Assembly (NCBI GenBank): GCA_039111535.1
Contig: JBCCIM010000008.1
Span: 2,984-66,983, forward strand
Source of the DNA: Bacteroidota bacterium
GTDB lineage: Bacteria; Bacteroidota; Rhodothermia; Rhodothermales; JAHQVL01
Reading direction: 5' to 3'
DNA: 64,000 nucleotides
This document shows positions 38,604 through 48,609 of the stretch, piece after piece. Both the position numbers and the translations under genes were made by a program. Each line of letters begins with the position of its first letter. Positions within the stretch are counted from its first letter, which is position 1. A model generated the notes under the pieces. That model was not told the DNA's origin. It did not search any database and saw only the letters and a program-made list of their open reading frames with translations.

Positions 38604-39674
38604 TCAATCTACAAAACACGTCAGGACATCTTCTTCAAAATAAGGGGGCTGGTTGACCCAGAAAATGTAGTTAACCTTGAGGAAATCTTTAGCAAAGGCG
38701 TGGAGTAAGGGCACAATGTTGTTGCGTGCTTTGTCGCTCTGTTCGCTGTAGTCCAGGTCTGCGCCAGTTTGACCGGCATAGTTGCCATCTTGTATGGCAA
38801 TGCCAATCGGCACCGAATAGTCACCTTCGTGCATAAACCGCAACGGGTGGTTCAATTGTGCTTTGCGCTGTACCATCAAATCCGGCGCGCCGAGGCCAAC
38901 GCCAATTTCTTGACCATAAGCATAAATGCTGCTGAGATATCCTTTATCATCCCACGGCAGCCATTCTCCGGGCACAAAGTTGGCGTACTGCATGGTCGTT
39001 GAAGTTGGGAAAGCCTTTTTGAGCGCCAGCATGTTGGCTTTTAATCCTGCAACATATTTTTCTTCGGTGAAACCATCACCTGGATCTTCTCCAATCTCAA
39101 TGGCGGTCTCTTGCAGGTTAATACCCTCAATTTTTCCATCAAACGCCTCCCCAAAAGCCTGGAGAAAACGCGCAAATTCCACACGGACCTTTTCACTCCA
39201 TCTTTTTGCTACCCATCCCCCCGGCTGGCCATCCGCATAGTACTGTGCCACAACGCCGCCATCGTACACATCCGAAAGCAGGTAATTGGGCACTGCTTTG
39301 TATTTGGGATAAAACGTCACATCTTGCAATTGCACAAACAGTTTTTTGCCGTGCTTTTTAAGGTAATTCAGGTCTTTTTCTACCATTGAAAAATCGTATC
39401 TCCCTTTCCGAGGTTCTAGCTCCTTCCAGGAATACATGATTTGTGCACCCTGAAACTGTGCATTTGCAAGGAATGCATGGTTGATGATCTTTTTTCGATC
39501 TTTCGAGAAATAGACAAAATGCTGGATGTTATCAGCAGGAATTGGGCAAGTAGCCAATAGATAGGCCTTGTAAGCATCTCTGTACTGCTCCGCAGGGTTT
39601 TCCCAATCTTGCGCAGCACTGATTTGACTGGATACGGCAAAAAACAGTAAAAGCAGCGTTACCTGTTTTATCAT
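38604..39674 (-). CDS. secreted protein, probable clan GH-A-like TIM-barrel glycoside hydrolase of uncertain family
   Basis: Signal peptide ending ISAA-Q; YSWKELEPRKGRYDFS resembles the W..lEP..G.YDFS motif of GH35/GH42/GH5-type enzymes; GINLQET candidate acid/base. Confidence 0.6.
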   Translation of the reverse strand: MIKQVTLLLLFFAVSSQISAAQDWENPAEQYRDAYKAYLLATCPIPADNIQHFVYFSKDRKKIINHAFLANAQFQGAQIMYSWKELEPRKGRYDFSMVEKDLNYLKKHGKKLFVQLQDVTFYPKYKAVPNYLLSDVYDGGVVAQYYADGQPGGWVAKRWSEKVRVEFARFLQAFGEAFDGKIEGINLQETAIEIGEDPGDGFTEEKYVAGLKANMLALKKAFPTSTTMQYANFVPGEWLPWDDKGYLSSIYAYGQEIGVGLGAPDLMVQRKAQLNHPLRFMHEGDYSVPIGIAIQDGNYAGQTGADLDYSEQSDKARNNIVPLLHAFAKDFLKVNYIFWVNQPPYFEEDVLTCFVD

Positions 39675-39746
39675 GGGTATGGGAGCGTGTTTTGATTCTT
39701 TGAGATTGCTTTGCCGATTCAGCATGCAGAGCGCTGTAGTATTCGT

Positions 39747-40235
39747 CTAACACAGGTCTGATTCACTACACGGTGTTGCCTTTCGGGTCACATTTGCTGT
39801 ATCCAGATACCGGCGCATGTGATGTACTGCGCCGGCGTCATTGAATTCCATCACCAGGATGGTTCGCCCGGTAAAATCTACCAACTCATCGCGCCGTACA
39901 TATTGTGAGGATTCAATGTATTCAACGATGGCCACATTTGTGCCCATTGTGATGCTTTCAATGCCCAGTCTAAATTCAAATTTGACCCGGGTCGACTCCA
40001 GGTGTGTACTGCGTATTTTTTCCTTTCCATCCAGCGTTACGCCATACACAACGTGAACGTCACTGACGTCTTCCGTCAGGAAAGCAAGATAAGCTTCAAC
40101 ATCTGCGGCCGTTTTATCCGGCTGTCCTGCAGCTTCTTTTGCCAGCACAAAAGCCTGCACACGCATTGCATCTACCTGGGCCAGCACAGGGCTTGCAAAA
40201 ATAGCAAAGATCATAATCAGGAGCAGGGGTTTCAT
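39747..40235 (-). CDS. exported NTF2/SnoaL-like protein
   Basis: Signal peptide ending VLA-Q; AYLAFLTEDV, GKEKIR, ILVMEFNDAGAVHHMRRY. Confidence 0.75.
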   Translation of the reverse strand: MKPLLLIMIFAIFASPVLAQVDAMRVQAFVLAKEAAGQPDKTAADVEAYLAFLTEDVSDVHVVYGVTLDGKEKIRSTHLESTRVKFEFRLGIESITMGTNVAIVEYIESSQYVRRDELVDFTGRTILVMEFNDAGAVHHMRRYLDTANVTRKATPCSESDLC

Positions 40236-40418
40236 GTATATCCTTCAAAAAGCGTGTGATATGCTAACGAACAAGAGAAAGACGTACGACACACAGCAGA
40301 GTTGCTGATCAAATACGGGGCCCGCCTGCGTTAAATTTTTTTGGTTGCCGTATTCTTTGGATCATTAACATCCATAGCAAGATCTCACACGTTCTGAATC
40401 GCAAACACACCGCTGACA

Positions 40419-40967
40419 TTGCCGTCAATTTATCCTACCTTACGAGCCCTGCGTACCATTCCCGCGATTATCGAACCTACTTTCATGCTTGAACCAGACC
40501 TATCCGGCGAGCCGGCGTGGATGCCCATTATCCCACCCAGCCTCCTCACGCAGGAAAACTCTTTCATTTCCGGAGACCCCACGGGCAATCGCTTGCGGTT
40601 GCGGTACTATTATGATGAAGCCAGTACACAAGTTATAGCCCGTACCTGGTTTGGACCGGGCGCAGAAGGTCCCCCCCGACATGCACACGGTGGCAGTGTT
40701 GCCGCAGTGCTCGATGAAGCCATGGGCATGGCGGCCCTGTATGCCGGCCATACAGTTGTCGCAGCCAACATATCCATCAATTACCTGAAGATGGTGCCGC
40801 TCGAAACCGTTGCCTCAGCCATCGCGCAGGTAACCCGTGTAGCCGGCAAAAAAATTTACACAGAAGCCAGACTTGTAGGCACCAATGGCACCGTTTTATC
40901 GCGAGGGGAAGGCCTCTTCATAACAATTCCCTTCAACAAAATAGCAACCCTTGCAGAGCCAGAATAA
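40419..40967 (+). CDS. PaaI-family hotdog thioesterase
   Basis: EGPPRHAHGGSVAAVLDEAMG, ANISINYLKMVP, GEGLFI. Confidence 0.88.
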   Translation: MPSIYPTLRALRTIPAIIEPTFMLEPDLSGEPAWMPIIPPSLLTQENSFISGDPTGNRLRLRYYYDEASTQVIARTWFGPGAEGPPRHAHGGSVAAVLDEAMGMAALYAGHTVVAANISINYLKMVPLETVASAIAQVTRVAGKKIYTEARLVGTNGTVLSRGEGLFITIPFNKIATLAEPE

Positions 40968-41104
40968 AGTCTGCGTTTCAGCGCTCCCCCCCTTTGCTTT
41001 AAGACGGAATTGTAGCAACATCTATTTTCGTTCATTGAAAGATAACGTGCATGATTTTACGCTGCCGATCATCCGTTCAGGCATAAAAATCGTCCATTCA
41101 ATCC

Positions 41105-41125
41105 ATTCTTAAGGCCATTAAGAAT
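41105..41125. promoter_or_regulatory. perfect inverted repeat upstream of susC
   Basis: ATTCTTAA-GGCCA-TTAAGAAT, about 195 bp before the susC start. Confidence 0.4.
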
Positions 41126-41319
41126 TCGATTCAAAATAGATGGATGTTAACGCTTACTTTATATATTAAGACAATAGTTCCCCTGAGCATCTGAACAACA
41201 TTGGGAAATATGGGTCCAGGACACCCCCATTAGGAAGCCACCGTTTCCAGGACTCTCCAGCAGGTATGCGCTGCTTTGTTGGGATGTGATGGGATTATGA
41301 ATCACTCACGGAAAACACA

Positions 41320-44265
41320 ATGAACAAAATTCTGAAAATGATTTTTGTGTTGTTTGCTATACCCCTTATGGCATCAGCACAAGACGCTTCCTTGTCGGGT
41401 CTTATTACCGACGGAGAAACTGGCAATGCGTTGCCAGGCGCCAGTGTATTGCTTGTCGATACTGAATTGGGTGCCGCAACTTCTATTGACGGTCGTTATG
41501 AAATCAACGGGATCACACCCGGTGATTATACGCTGCAAGTTACGTTCATCGGGTATGAGACCTCTCAGACACCGGTAACAATAGCTGCCGGCGAGAACGA
41601 GCTGGATATTGTGCTCACGCCAGATTTCACAGGCCTTGAAGAGGTCGTTGTGACAGGCATTGCATCTGCAACCTCAAAAGCACGGGCAGAAGTTGCAGTT
41701 TCTTCTGTAAGTACAGAGAAACTGCTCGAGCAAAATGCTTACCAGGACGTTTCCCAACTCCTAAACGGCAAGATCGCCGGGGTAAGTGTACAGCCTTCTT
41801 CTGGTAACGTTGGTGGTGGTATCCGCTTCAACATGCGTTCAAGCACAGGCCTCAATGGTGATGGCCAGCCTGTAATTTATGTTGATGGCATCCGTATCGA
41901 CGCTACTGAAATTGGTGGCCTGGGTGCAGGCGGACAGGATGTTTCGCTGCTCGCAAGCCTCAATCCGGAAGAAATTGAAACCGTAGAAGTACTCAAAGGC
42001 CCTGCTGGTGCAGCGCTTTATGGTACCAGCGGCTCGAACGGTGTTGTACTTATCACCACCAAACGTGGCAAGTTGTCTGGCGATGACCGTCCGTTTACGG
42101 TCAACTACAAAGGCGTAAGGGGTACAAACTCTCAGTTTGACGAGTACGACCGCTTTACAGCCGGCGCTCCGGAAACAGCCAACGCATTCTTCCGCGATGG
42201 CGACATCGAACAGCACACCCTTAGCTTCTCAGGCGGTTCAGAACGTGTACGCTACTTCACGTCGTATGACAACCGCATGGAAGAAGGCCATATCCGCAAC
42301 AACAAACAGGAGCGCCAGAGCTTCCGGGCTAACTTTGAAGCATTCCCGATCAAAGATCTGACTGTTCGCGCCAACGCCGGCTACGTCCGCAACGACATCA
42401 GCCGCCCGCAGAACGATAACAACCTGTTTGGCTACCTCGGCAACACACTACTGGCAAGCAGCCCGTTTGTGTTCACCGATAGCTCAGCCATTGAGGCGCT
42501 GCAAAACATCCAGCGGATCGCCCGTTTCTCAGGTATCGTTGAGGCAGAGTACTCGCCGATTGAAAACCTGACGCTGCGTGCGTCTGTTGGATTTGACGGT
42601 ACAGACCTGCGGAACGACGAAACAAGACCCTCTAACTTTGCCTACTCTAGTACAGTTAATGGCCGTCGCTCTGTATTCAGCCGTCGGAATGAGCAGTACA
42701 CGTACGACTTCAACGCACGGTACGGCTACAAAATCAGCGATAAGCTGAGCGCAACCACAATTGTAGGTACGCAGTCTTTCAACCGGATCAACCGCAACTT
42801 CAACTTCTCCAAAGAGAACTTCTCTACAGAGTTGATTACCAACATCGGTGCCGGTGCTGACTTCAGAAGCTCAGACGAGAACTTCCTGCACACCAGGGAA
42901 TCCGGTATCTATGCACAGCAGGAATTTGCCTTCAACAACTACCTGTTTGCCACGGTAGGCGCCCGCCAGGACTTTGCAAGCTCCGTTGGTGCCGGCGCGC
43001 CGAGCATCTTCTACCCGAAAGCAAGTTTTGCCCTTCGCGTAGACGAGCTCGCAACAATGCCAACAGCGATCAACTTCTTCAAAGTTCGCGCTGCATACGG
43101 CGAAACCGGACAGCTACCGGGTAACCTCGACAAGTCATTTGTCCGCTGGCAGGCTGAATCTTCAGGCTACGGCACCGGGGCTGTAACCAGCTTTATCGGC
43201 AACATCGACATCGAACCTGAGCGCATCAAAGAATTTGAAGCCGGCATTGAGCTTGGCATGCTGAACAACCGGATTGGTCTCGACCTGACAGGTTACATTC
43301 AGAAAGCCCAGGACTCTATCATCGACTTCAACAACCCACCGTCTTCAGGCCTGACCGTTTCTGCGGTACCGTTTAACGTAGGTGCTTCTACCGGTAAAGG
43401 TATCGAAGCCAGCCTTTCTGTTGACGTGATTCGCCAGCGGAATCTGGGTATCGACTTTGGCGTCATCTGGAACTACCAGGACAACGAAGTGGATGACCTC
43501 GGTGGTGCACAGCCTATTTTCAGTGGCTTTGACACCAACGTAATCAAAGAAGGCCTGCCGCGCGATGCGTTCTACACCTGGGCCTCACGTGCTACGTTCA
43601 ACGATGACGGTTCTTATGCCGGTGCTGAACTGACCACGACCGATGAAGATGGAGATGGCTCACCTGACCGTGCTTTCTTTGGCGTGCCATACGCTGAGCA
43701 CAACGGCTCATTCAGCCTGAACATTCGCGTATTGCGCGACATCACCATCAGCGGCCTCCTCGACTGGTCTCTGGGCAACAAGGTGTATAACAACACCCAC
43801 CTGTTCAGCCGGCGCTTTGGCGCGTTCCAGGAACGCAACATTGCACTCGTCCAGATTGGTGATGTAATGCCTGAAGATGTTGGCCTCGAAGATCAAGGCT
43901 TCAGCGCACTTACTGTCGGATCTGATGAGTACCGCGCAGCAGCTGAAACCGTTGCACGGACAGAATTCAGCCTCCAGGGCGTGGATCTCGATGGCAACTG
44001 GATTGAAGATGCAGACTTTATCAAGCTGCGTGAAATCAGCGTACGCTACGACTTTACGAACCTCATTCGCAGAGTCAACGCCAACCGCTTTATCAGAAGC
44101 GCAAGCTTTACGCTTTCTGCAAGAAATCTGTGGATGTCGACCAAGTACAGTGGATTGGACCCAGAAGTTAACTTCACGGGCGCCCTTAGCAGCACCCGTT
44201 CTTCTGACTTCCTGACGCTGCCACAGCCGCGTGTGATTTATGGCGCCATCAGTATTGGCCTCTAA
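41320..44265 (+). CDS. susC: SusC/RagA-family TonB-dependent transporter
   Basis: N-terminal carboxypeptidase-regulatory-like domain, LEEVVVTG, plug signature LNPEEIETVEVLKGPAGAALYG..GSNGVVLITTKRG, C-terminal PQPRVIYGAISIGL. Confidence 0.95.
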   Translation: MNKILKMIFVLFAIPLMASAQDASLSGLITDGETGNALPGASVLLVDTELGAATSIDGRYEINGITPGDYTLQVTFIGYETSQTPVTIAAGENELDIVLTPDFTGLEEVVVTGIASATSKARAEVAVSSVSTEKLLEQNAYQDVSQLLNGKIAGVSVQPSSGNVGGGIRFNMRSSTGLNGDGQPVIYVDGIRIDATEIGGLGAGGQDVSLLASLNPEEIETVEVLKGPAGAALYGTSGSNGVVLITTKRGKLSGDDRPFTVNYKGVRGTNSQFDEYDRFTAGAPETANAFFRDGDIEQHTLSFSGGSERVRYFTSYDNRMEEGHIRNNKQERQSFRANFEAFPIKDLTVRANAGYVRNDISRPQNDNNLFGYLGNTLLASSPFVFTDSSAIEALQNIQRIARFSGIVEAEYSPIENLTLRASVGFDGTDLRNDETRPSNFAYSSTVNGRRSVFSRRNEQYTYDFNARYGYKISDKLSATTIVGTQSFNRINRNFNFSKENFSTELITNIGAGADFRSSDENFLHTRESGIYAQQEFAFNNYLFATVGARQDFASSVGAGAPSIFYPKASFALRVDELATMPTAINFFKVRAAYGETGQLPGNLDKSFVRWQAESSGYGTGAVTSFIGNIDIEPERIKEFEAGIELGMLNNRIGLDLTGYIQKAQDSIIDFNNPPSSGLTVSAVPFNVGASTGKGIEASLSVDVIRQRNLGIDFGVIWNYQDNEVDDLGGAQPIFSGFDTNVIKEGLPRDAFYTWASRATFNDDGSYAGAELTTTDEDGDGSPDRAFFGVPYAEHNGSFSLNIRVLRDITISGLLDWSLGNKVYNNTHLFSRRFGAFQERNIALVQIGDVMPEDVGLEDQGFSALTVGSDEYRAAAETVARTEFSLQGVDLDGNWIEDADFIKLREISVRYDFTNLIRRVNANRFIRSASFTLSARNLWMSTKYSGLDPEVNFTGALSSTRSSDFLTLPQPRVIYGAISIGL

Positions 44266-44310
44266 ACCTCACGTTTAGTCCATCCATAGACAACGAAATT
44301 ATATAGCATC

Positions 44311-45516
44311 ATGAATAGATTATTTACCCTTCTGATCGCAGCCCTGTTGCTCCCCCTTGCAGGGTGTGACACCTACGTTGAAGACGTAGATCTGCCGATC
44401 GATAGCATCGACGACTCGCAGCTGAATGATGAAACCCAGGTGGAATTCATTATCAAAGGTGTGCAGTCCCGTTTCTCAACAACCTACGACCGTATCGCCG
44501 TGTTTGCCGGCGGACTCTCTGACGAATTATTCTTCGACCAGAACGTCCCGAACGCAACCTTCCCGAGCTTTCAGGAAATTGACATCGGTGATATCACATT
44601 TGCCAACAACTCCAATGACGGTCTTTACAACGACCTCGGTGAGTTGCGTTTCTTTGCAGACAACATGCTTGCACGTTTGGCTGACGTAGAATTTGAAAAT
44701 GCAGACCTCCGTACAGAAGCTGAGTTTACAGCCCAGTTATACGGTGGACTTGCGCGGTATTTCTACGCAACCTACTACGGCCTCGACAAGCGTGAAGGTG
44801 GTGGTGTAATTACGGAAGATCCGACCAATCCGGCTCCTTTCACACCATCAGCTGCCATGTTCGACCTTGCCCTGGATAAACTGAACAGCGCAAGAGCACT
44901 GGCGGATGAATACCATACCCGTGTTATCAACACAGTTATCGCACGCATCCACCTGATCGAAGGCAACTATGGTGAAGCTAGAACCGCTGCCAATGCCGGC
45001 ATGATGGACGGTGACGCACCATTCAGCTCGCTGCACTCCGTGGAAAGCACAAACTACTACTACTCGCAGGCCGGCGTAGGCCGTAACCAGTGGGTAGCAG
45101 ATTTCCGCTTCCTCGAGTACCAGATTGCTGATGCTGCTGAAGCCGGCCGCCTGCCACTGGAAGAGATCACAGGTAATGACGGTACGCTTTACTACCGCCA
45201 GGGCTTGTATCCAAACCAGGATTCGCCCCTGCCATTTGCAACATGGCAGGAAAACAGCCTGATGCTTGCTGAGCTGGACATCCGTGACGGCGCAGGTGGG
45301 TTGGATCACATTAACGCTGTGCGCGCAAGCCACGGCCTGGCAGATCTCGCAGCTGCAGACATGGACGTGCTGATTGAAGAGCGCGACAAAGAGCTCTTCA
45401 CGATGGGCCTCCGCCTGGTTGACCAGCGCCGTATGGACCTCTGGCATCTCGGCGACGATACCTGGTGGTATCTGCCGATCACCCAGAACGAGCGCAACAT
45501 CAATGAAAACTTCTAG
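44311..45516 (+). CDS. susD: SusD/RagB-family surface lipoprotein
   Basis: Lipobox LAG-C, LSDEL, IEERDKELFTMGLRLVDQRR, LPITQNERNIN; immediately after susC. Confidence 0.92.
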   Translation: MNRLFTLLIAALLLPLAGCDTYVEDVDLPIDSIDDSQLNDETQVEFIIKGVQSRFSTTYDRIAVFAGGLSDELFFDQNVPNATFPSFQEIDIGDITFANNSNDGLYNDLGELRFFADNMLARLADVEFENADLRTEAEFTAQLYGGLARYFYATYYGLDKREGGGVITEDPTNPAPFTPSAAMFDLALDKLNSARALADEYHTRVINTVIARIHLIEGNYGEARTAANAGMMDGDAPFSSLHSVESTNYYYSQAGVGRNQWVADFRFLEYQIADAAEAGRLPLEEITGNDGTLYYRQGLYPNQDSPLPFATWQENSLMLAELDIRDGAGGLDHINAVRASHGLADLAAADMDVLIEERDKELFTMGLRLVDQRRMDLWHLGDDTWWYLPITQNERNINENF

Positions 45517-45566
45517 CGATAAAAACGCCTAGCAGTTGATTGTTGTCAATACAACCGTTGTAAACC

Positions 45567-45601
45567 AAAGAGGCTGCTTCAACCGAAGCAGCCTCTTTTT
45601 T
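45567..45601 (+). terminator. intrinsic terminator after susD
   Basis: Perfect 14-bp stem AAAGAGGCTGCTTC-AACC-GAAGCAGCCTCTTT followed by more T. Confidence 0.88.
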
Positions 45602-45689
45602 ATGTGAATCACTGGCCGATAATCCTCGTACATGAATTAGTGATTGTTTAACAACCTGATGCACGTCATCCAAGACCGTTCGGAAAGTT

Positions 45690-47897
45690 ATGGAACATCC
45701 GTTACAACGTTGTTGGCTTTATCTCCTTTCCAGCCTTGCGCTGTGCATCACGTTTTATCAACCTGCGGCTGCCCAGGCAACCTACCAGGAACCCCTCATC
45801 AACCAGGCCATTGCAGCCATCCAACGGGGCGTTACCGACCCTGCTATTGATTCGCTGGCTGTTTATGTTGCAGCATCACCCGGTGCAGCATCCGCAATTC
45901 ATGGCCCCCTTTCGTACTGGCTCGGCAAAGCCCATCTGGATGCTGGCCAACCCGACGAGGCCATCAACATCTGGCGGTCCGGCATTCTGGCCATGAATGA
46001 CGCCGACTCGTTTGATCACCGGCTTGGACTTACATTTCTTAACGCTGTTTTTGCATACGGCAGCAGCCAGCACTATGCGCTTGGCACCGCGGTATACGAG
46101 CGTCTTTTGGCAGATGTGGGCCGGCCTGTGTCTTCACTCTTCCAGACCGCCTTTACACCTTACCTGGAAGCCATTGCGTTCATTCTCCCTACAGCCCAAC
46201 GCGAGGCATGGCAATTGGATAACGGCTGGCAGGCATCAGCAGCTACAGCTGCAAATCTTTGGTGGCGCAGCAAAGACCCGGCGCCGGCTACGCGAAATAA
46301 CGAACTCCTCGAAGAACACCTCGAACGCGTTGCCTATGCCATGGCCAATTACCGCTTTAGAGACCAGTTTGACGACCGTGGCGCCGTCTACATTCGTCTA
46401 GGGCCACCCACGCGCACTACATCGATCCAGTTCGACAAATCCAATTTTCGCAATAAAGTGCTCGACCAGAATCTGACAATCACTGAGTCGGATTTCCCAG
46501 GAAACGAATTCTGGTTCTATGCGCACATTGATAATGCAGCGCAGTTTCTCTTTCACGATACCAGCGGCCTCTACAGACTCGGACAAACCCGCAATCTGTT
46601 GCCCTCTTCGCTGCGTTCAGGACTGGGTAACTCTACCCGTGGCAAAGCAAAAGCCCGTGCCATGGTCCGCACCCTCGAAGAAATATACAAACAACTTTCG
46701 CTCTACCACCCAACGTTTGCCACGCGCTACACCGATGTGGCCGCATTCTCAAGCTTGCTCGACGATGCAGACATAGCCTCTCAATTAAACGCCGCACAGC
46801 AGAGCGAAGATGAGTCCGTTGAATCGCTGGGAAATGCCCTCAACGCAGACTTGCTGGCCAATAGTCGGGCAAGCGGGATCGCAGACGCCGGCATGCCGGG
46901 CAGCGCATTCAACCCAAATCGGCCTGACCTTTTTGTCAACCACACCATGGCGGCTTACAAAGTGGAAGATGACATGCTGGCGGTGCAACGCGAAGACTAT
47001 GTCCCGCAAGTGCGTACCAATGTTTTCGACGCCATCGCACCGCTTCCGCTGTACTTCCGTACGGCGCGTTTTCTCGAAGAAGATGGTACAACCCGGACTG
47101 AAATCTATTGGCGGCCGGCGGCCAATGCCCTGGCGCTAGACAACACCTCGCAAGACAAGGTAGAACTCGCCGGCATTACACCCGACGATTACCTGATTGT
47201 AACCTCTGTTGTACAAAAAACACCAGATTATCTCGACCGCCAAATTGCACATGACCGCGCGATGTTACCAGGGATCGCCACCGGGCTCGACGTATCGCTG
47301 CCGACACAAACCGTCTCAACAACGGGTGACTTGGGGCTATACCACCTGGCGCTTCAGATAGACATGTACGCCGCAAACATCGAAGATGGGCAACTACGCA
47401 AAATCGGACCACATGTAAAAGCCAATACCTATCAACAGGATTCGCTCAACGCGCTGCCATCAGACACGGGGACATTGACCATGAGCGACCTCAAGCCTAT
47501 GATTTTGCCGGCCAGCATTCAGGAAATGCCCGATATAGACGAAGAAATTATCCAACTGTCTCTCGTTGACCCTTCGCCTGTAATTGACGGGCAGACACCA
47601 CTGGTACTCTATTTTGAGGTATACAACTTACAAAACAACGCATCAGGCCGTACACAGTTTGACGTCAAATATGAAATCAACAGCCCCAAACGACGCGGAT
47701 TGTTTAGGAAAGCCGGGACAGACAAAACAACCTTTACATCCACTATCGAAGGCAACACAGCCAAAAGCGAAGAATTCCTCGTACTGGATTTGAGCGACCA
47801 GCGAAAAGCTGGCCCGCTGAACATCACGGTAGAAATTTTCGACCACACCACCCAGCAAACTGTATCGCGTCAGATTGCATACGAAATCAAACCCTAA
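45690..47897 (+). CDS. exported GWxTD-domain protein (namesake motif degenerate)
   Basis: WW..KDP.PAT.NNELLEEHLERVAYA...DDRGAVYIRLGPP is the GWxTD domain pattern; signal peptide ending PAAA-Q. Confidence 0.8.
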   Translation: MEHPLQRCWLYLLSSLALCITFYQPAAAQATYQEPLINQAIAAIQRGVTDPAIDSLAVYVAASPGAASAIHGPLSYWLGKAHLDAGQPDEAINIWRSGILAMNDADSFDHRLGLTFLNAVFAYGSSQHYALGTAVYERLLADVGRPVSSLFQTAFTPYLEAIAFILPTAQREAWQLDNGWQASAATAANLWWRSKDPAPATRNNELLEEHLERVAYAMANYRFRDQFDDRGAVYIRLGPPTRTTSIQFDKSNFRNKVLDQNLTITESDFPGNEFWFYAHIDNAAQFLFHDTSGLYRLGQTRNLLPSSLRSGLGNSTRGKAKARAMVRTLEEIYKQLSLYHPTFATRYTDVAAFSSLLDDADIASQLNAAQQSEDESVESLGNALNADLLANSRASGIADAGMPGSAFNPNRPDLFVNHTMAAYKVEDDMLAVQREDYVPQVRTNVFDAIAPLPLYFRTARFLEEDGTTRTEIYWRPAANALALDNTSQDKVELAGITPDDYLIVTSVVQKTPDYLDRQIAHDRAMLPGIATGLDVSLPTQTVSTTGDLGLYHLALQIDMYAANIEDGQLRKIGPHVKANTYQQDSLNALPSDTGTLTMSDLKPMILPASIQEMPDIDEEIIQLSLVDPSPVIDGQTPLVLYFEVYNLQNNASGRTQFDVKYEINSPKRRGLFRKAGTDKTTFTSTIEGNTAKSEEFLVLDLSDQRKAGPLNITVEIFDHTTQQTVSRQIAYEIKP

Positions 47898-48109
47898 CGT
47901 ATACTTCTACAACCTGACAAAACAGCCACACCTCTCTATTTCTTCTTGAAAGGCTGGTAACAACTGCGCATGTTAGCTGTCGAAGCAAGGGACGACATTA
48001 AAGCCATCACAAACACCCTGTGACATCGTCATATTGGTTTTTGGTCGATGGTTTTAGATATTCGGACTTGTTTACCAATCGACAAAGAACCATTAAGCGC
48101 GAAGTACAC

Positions 48110-48442
48110 ATGGATACCTATTACAAGCCTGAGCACCTCCCCAAGTTTGGCACCATTGCCGAAGGCAACAAAGAACTGGCCGATGCCTTCTTTGCTTACT
48201 ATGGAAAAGTATTTGAAGACGGCGCCCTGACAGCGCGGGAAAAAGCATTGATTGCCCTTGCGGTTGCGCACACGATTCAGTGCCCCTACTGCATCGACGC
48301 CTACACATCCGGATCTTTGGAAAAAGGCGCCGACCTGGAGCAGATGACAGAAGCTGTACACGTTGCCACCGCGATTCGAGGCGGCGCATCGCTCGTCCAC
48401 GGGATTCAGATGCTAGACAAGGTTAAAGATATGACCATGTAG
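48110..48442 (+). CDS. AhpD/CMD-family peroxidase-like protein associated with arsenosugar radical SAM genes
   Basis: GALTAREKALIALAVAHTIQCPYCIDAY, IRGGASLVHG; ATG at 48110. Confidence 0.88.
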   Translation: MDTYYKPEHLPKFGTIAEGNKELADAFFAYYGKVFEDGALTAREKALIALAVAHTIQCPYCIDAYTSGSLEKGADLEQMTEAVHVATAIRGGASLVHGIQMLDKVKDMTM

Positions 48443-48609
48443 TGTGTAACAGACCTCCTGTTGAGCACACAAAAATGCTTAAGACTGTTTATAACAAACG
48501 GTAAGTGCTGTGTCATTACAGCCTGTATTTTACCGCATACTGGCAGAAGAGGGACGCGGTAATCCCGCAGCCGCCTGTCAGTCCCCACCAAACACGTCAC
48601 AATGTTTTT

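Noticed and set aside
38323-38619. 98-aa ORF with HSSLLTP repeats
   Set aside because: Simply the antisense translation of the heptamer microsatellite.
41180-41319. riboswitch in the susC leader
   Set aside because: Fragments such as ACTCTCCAG resemble glycine/TPP pieces, but the conserved cores and pairing are missing.
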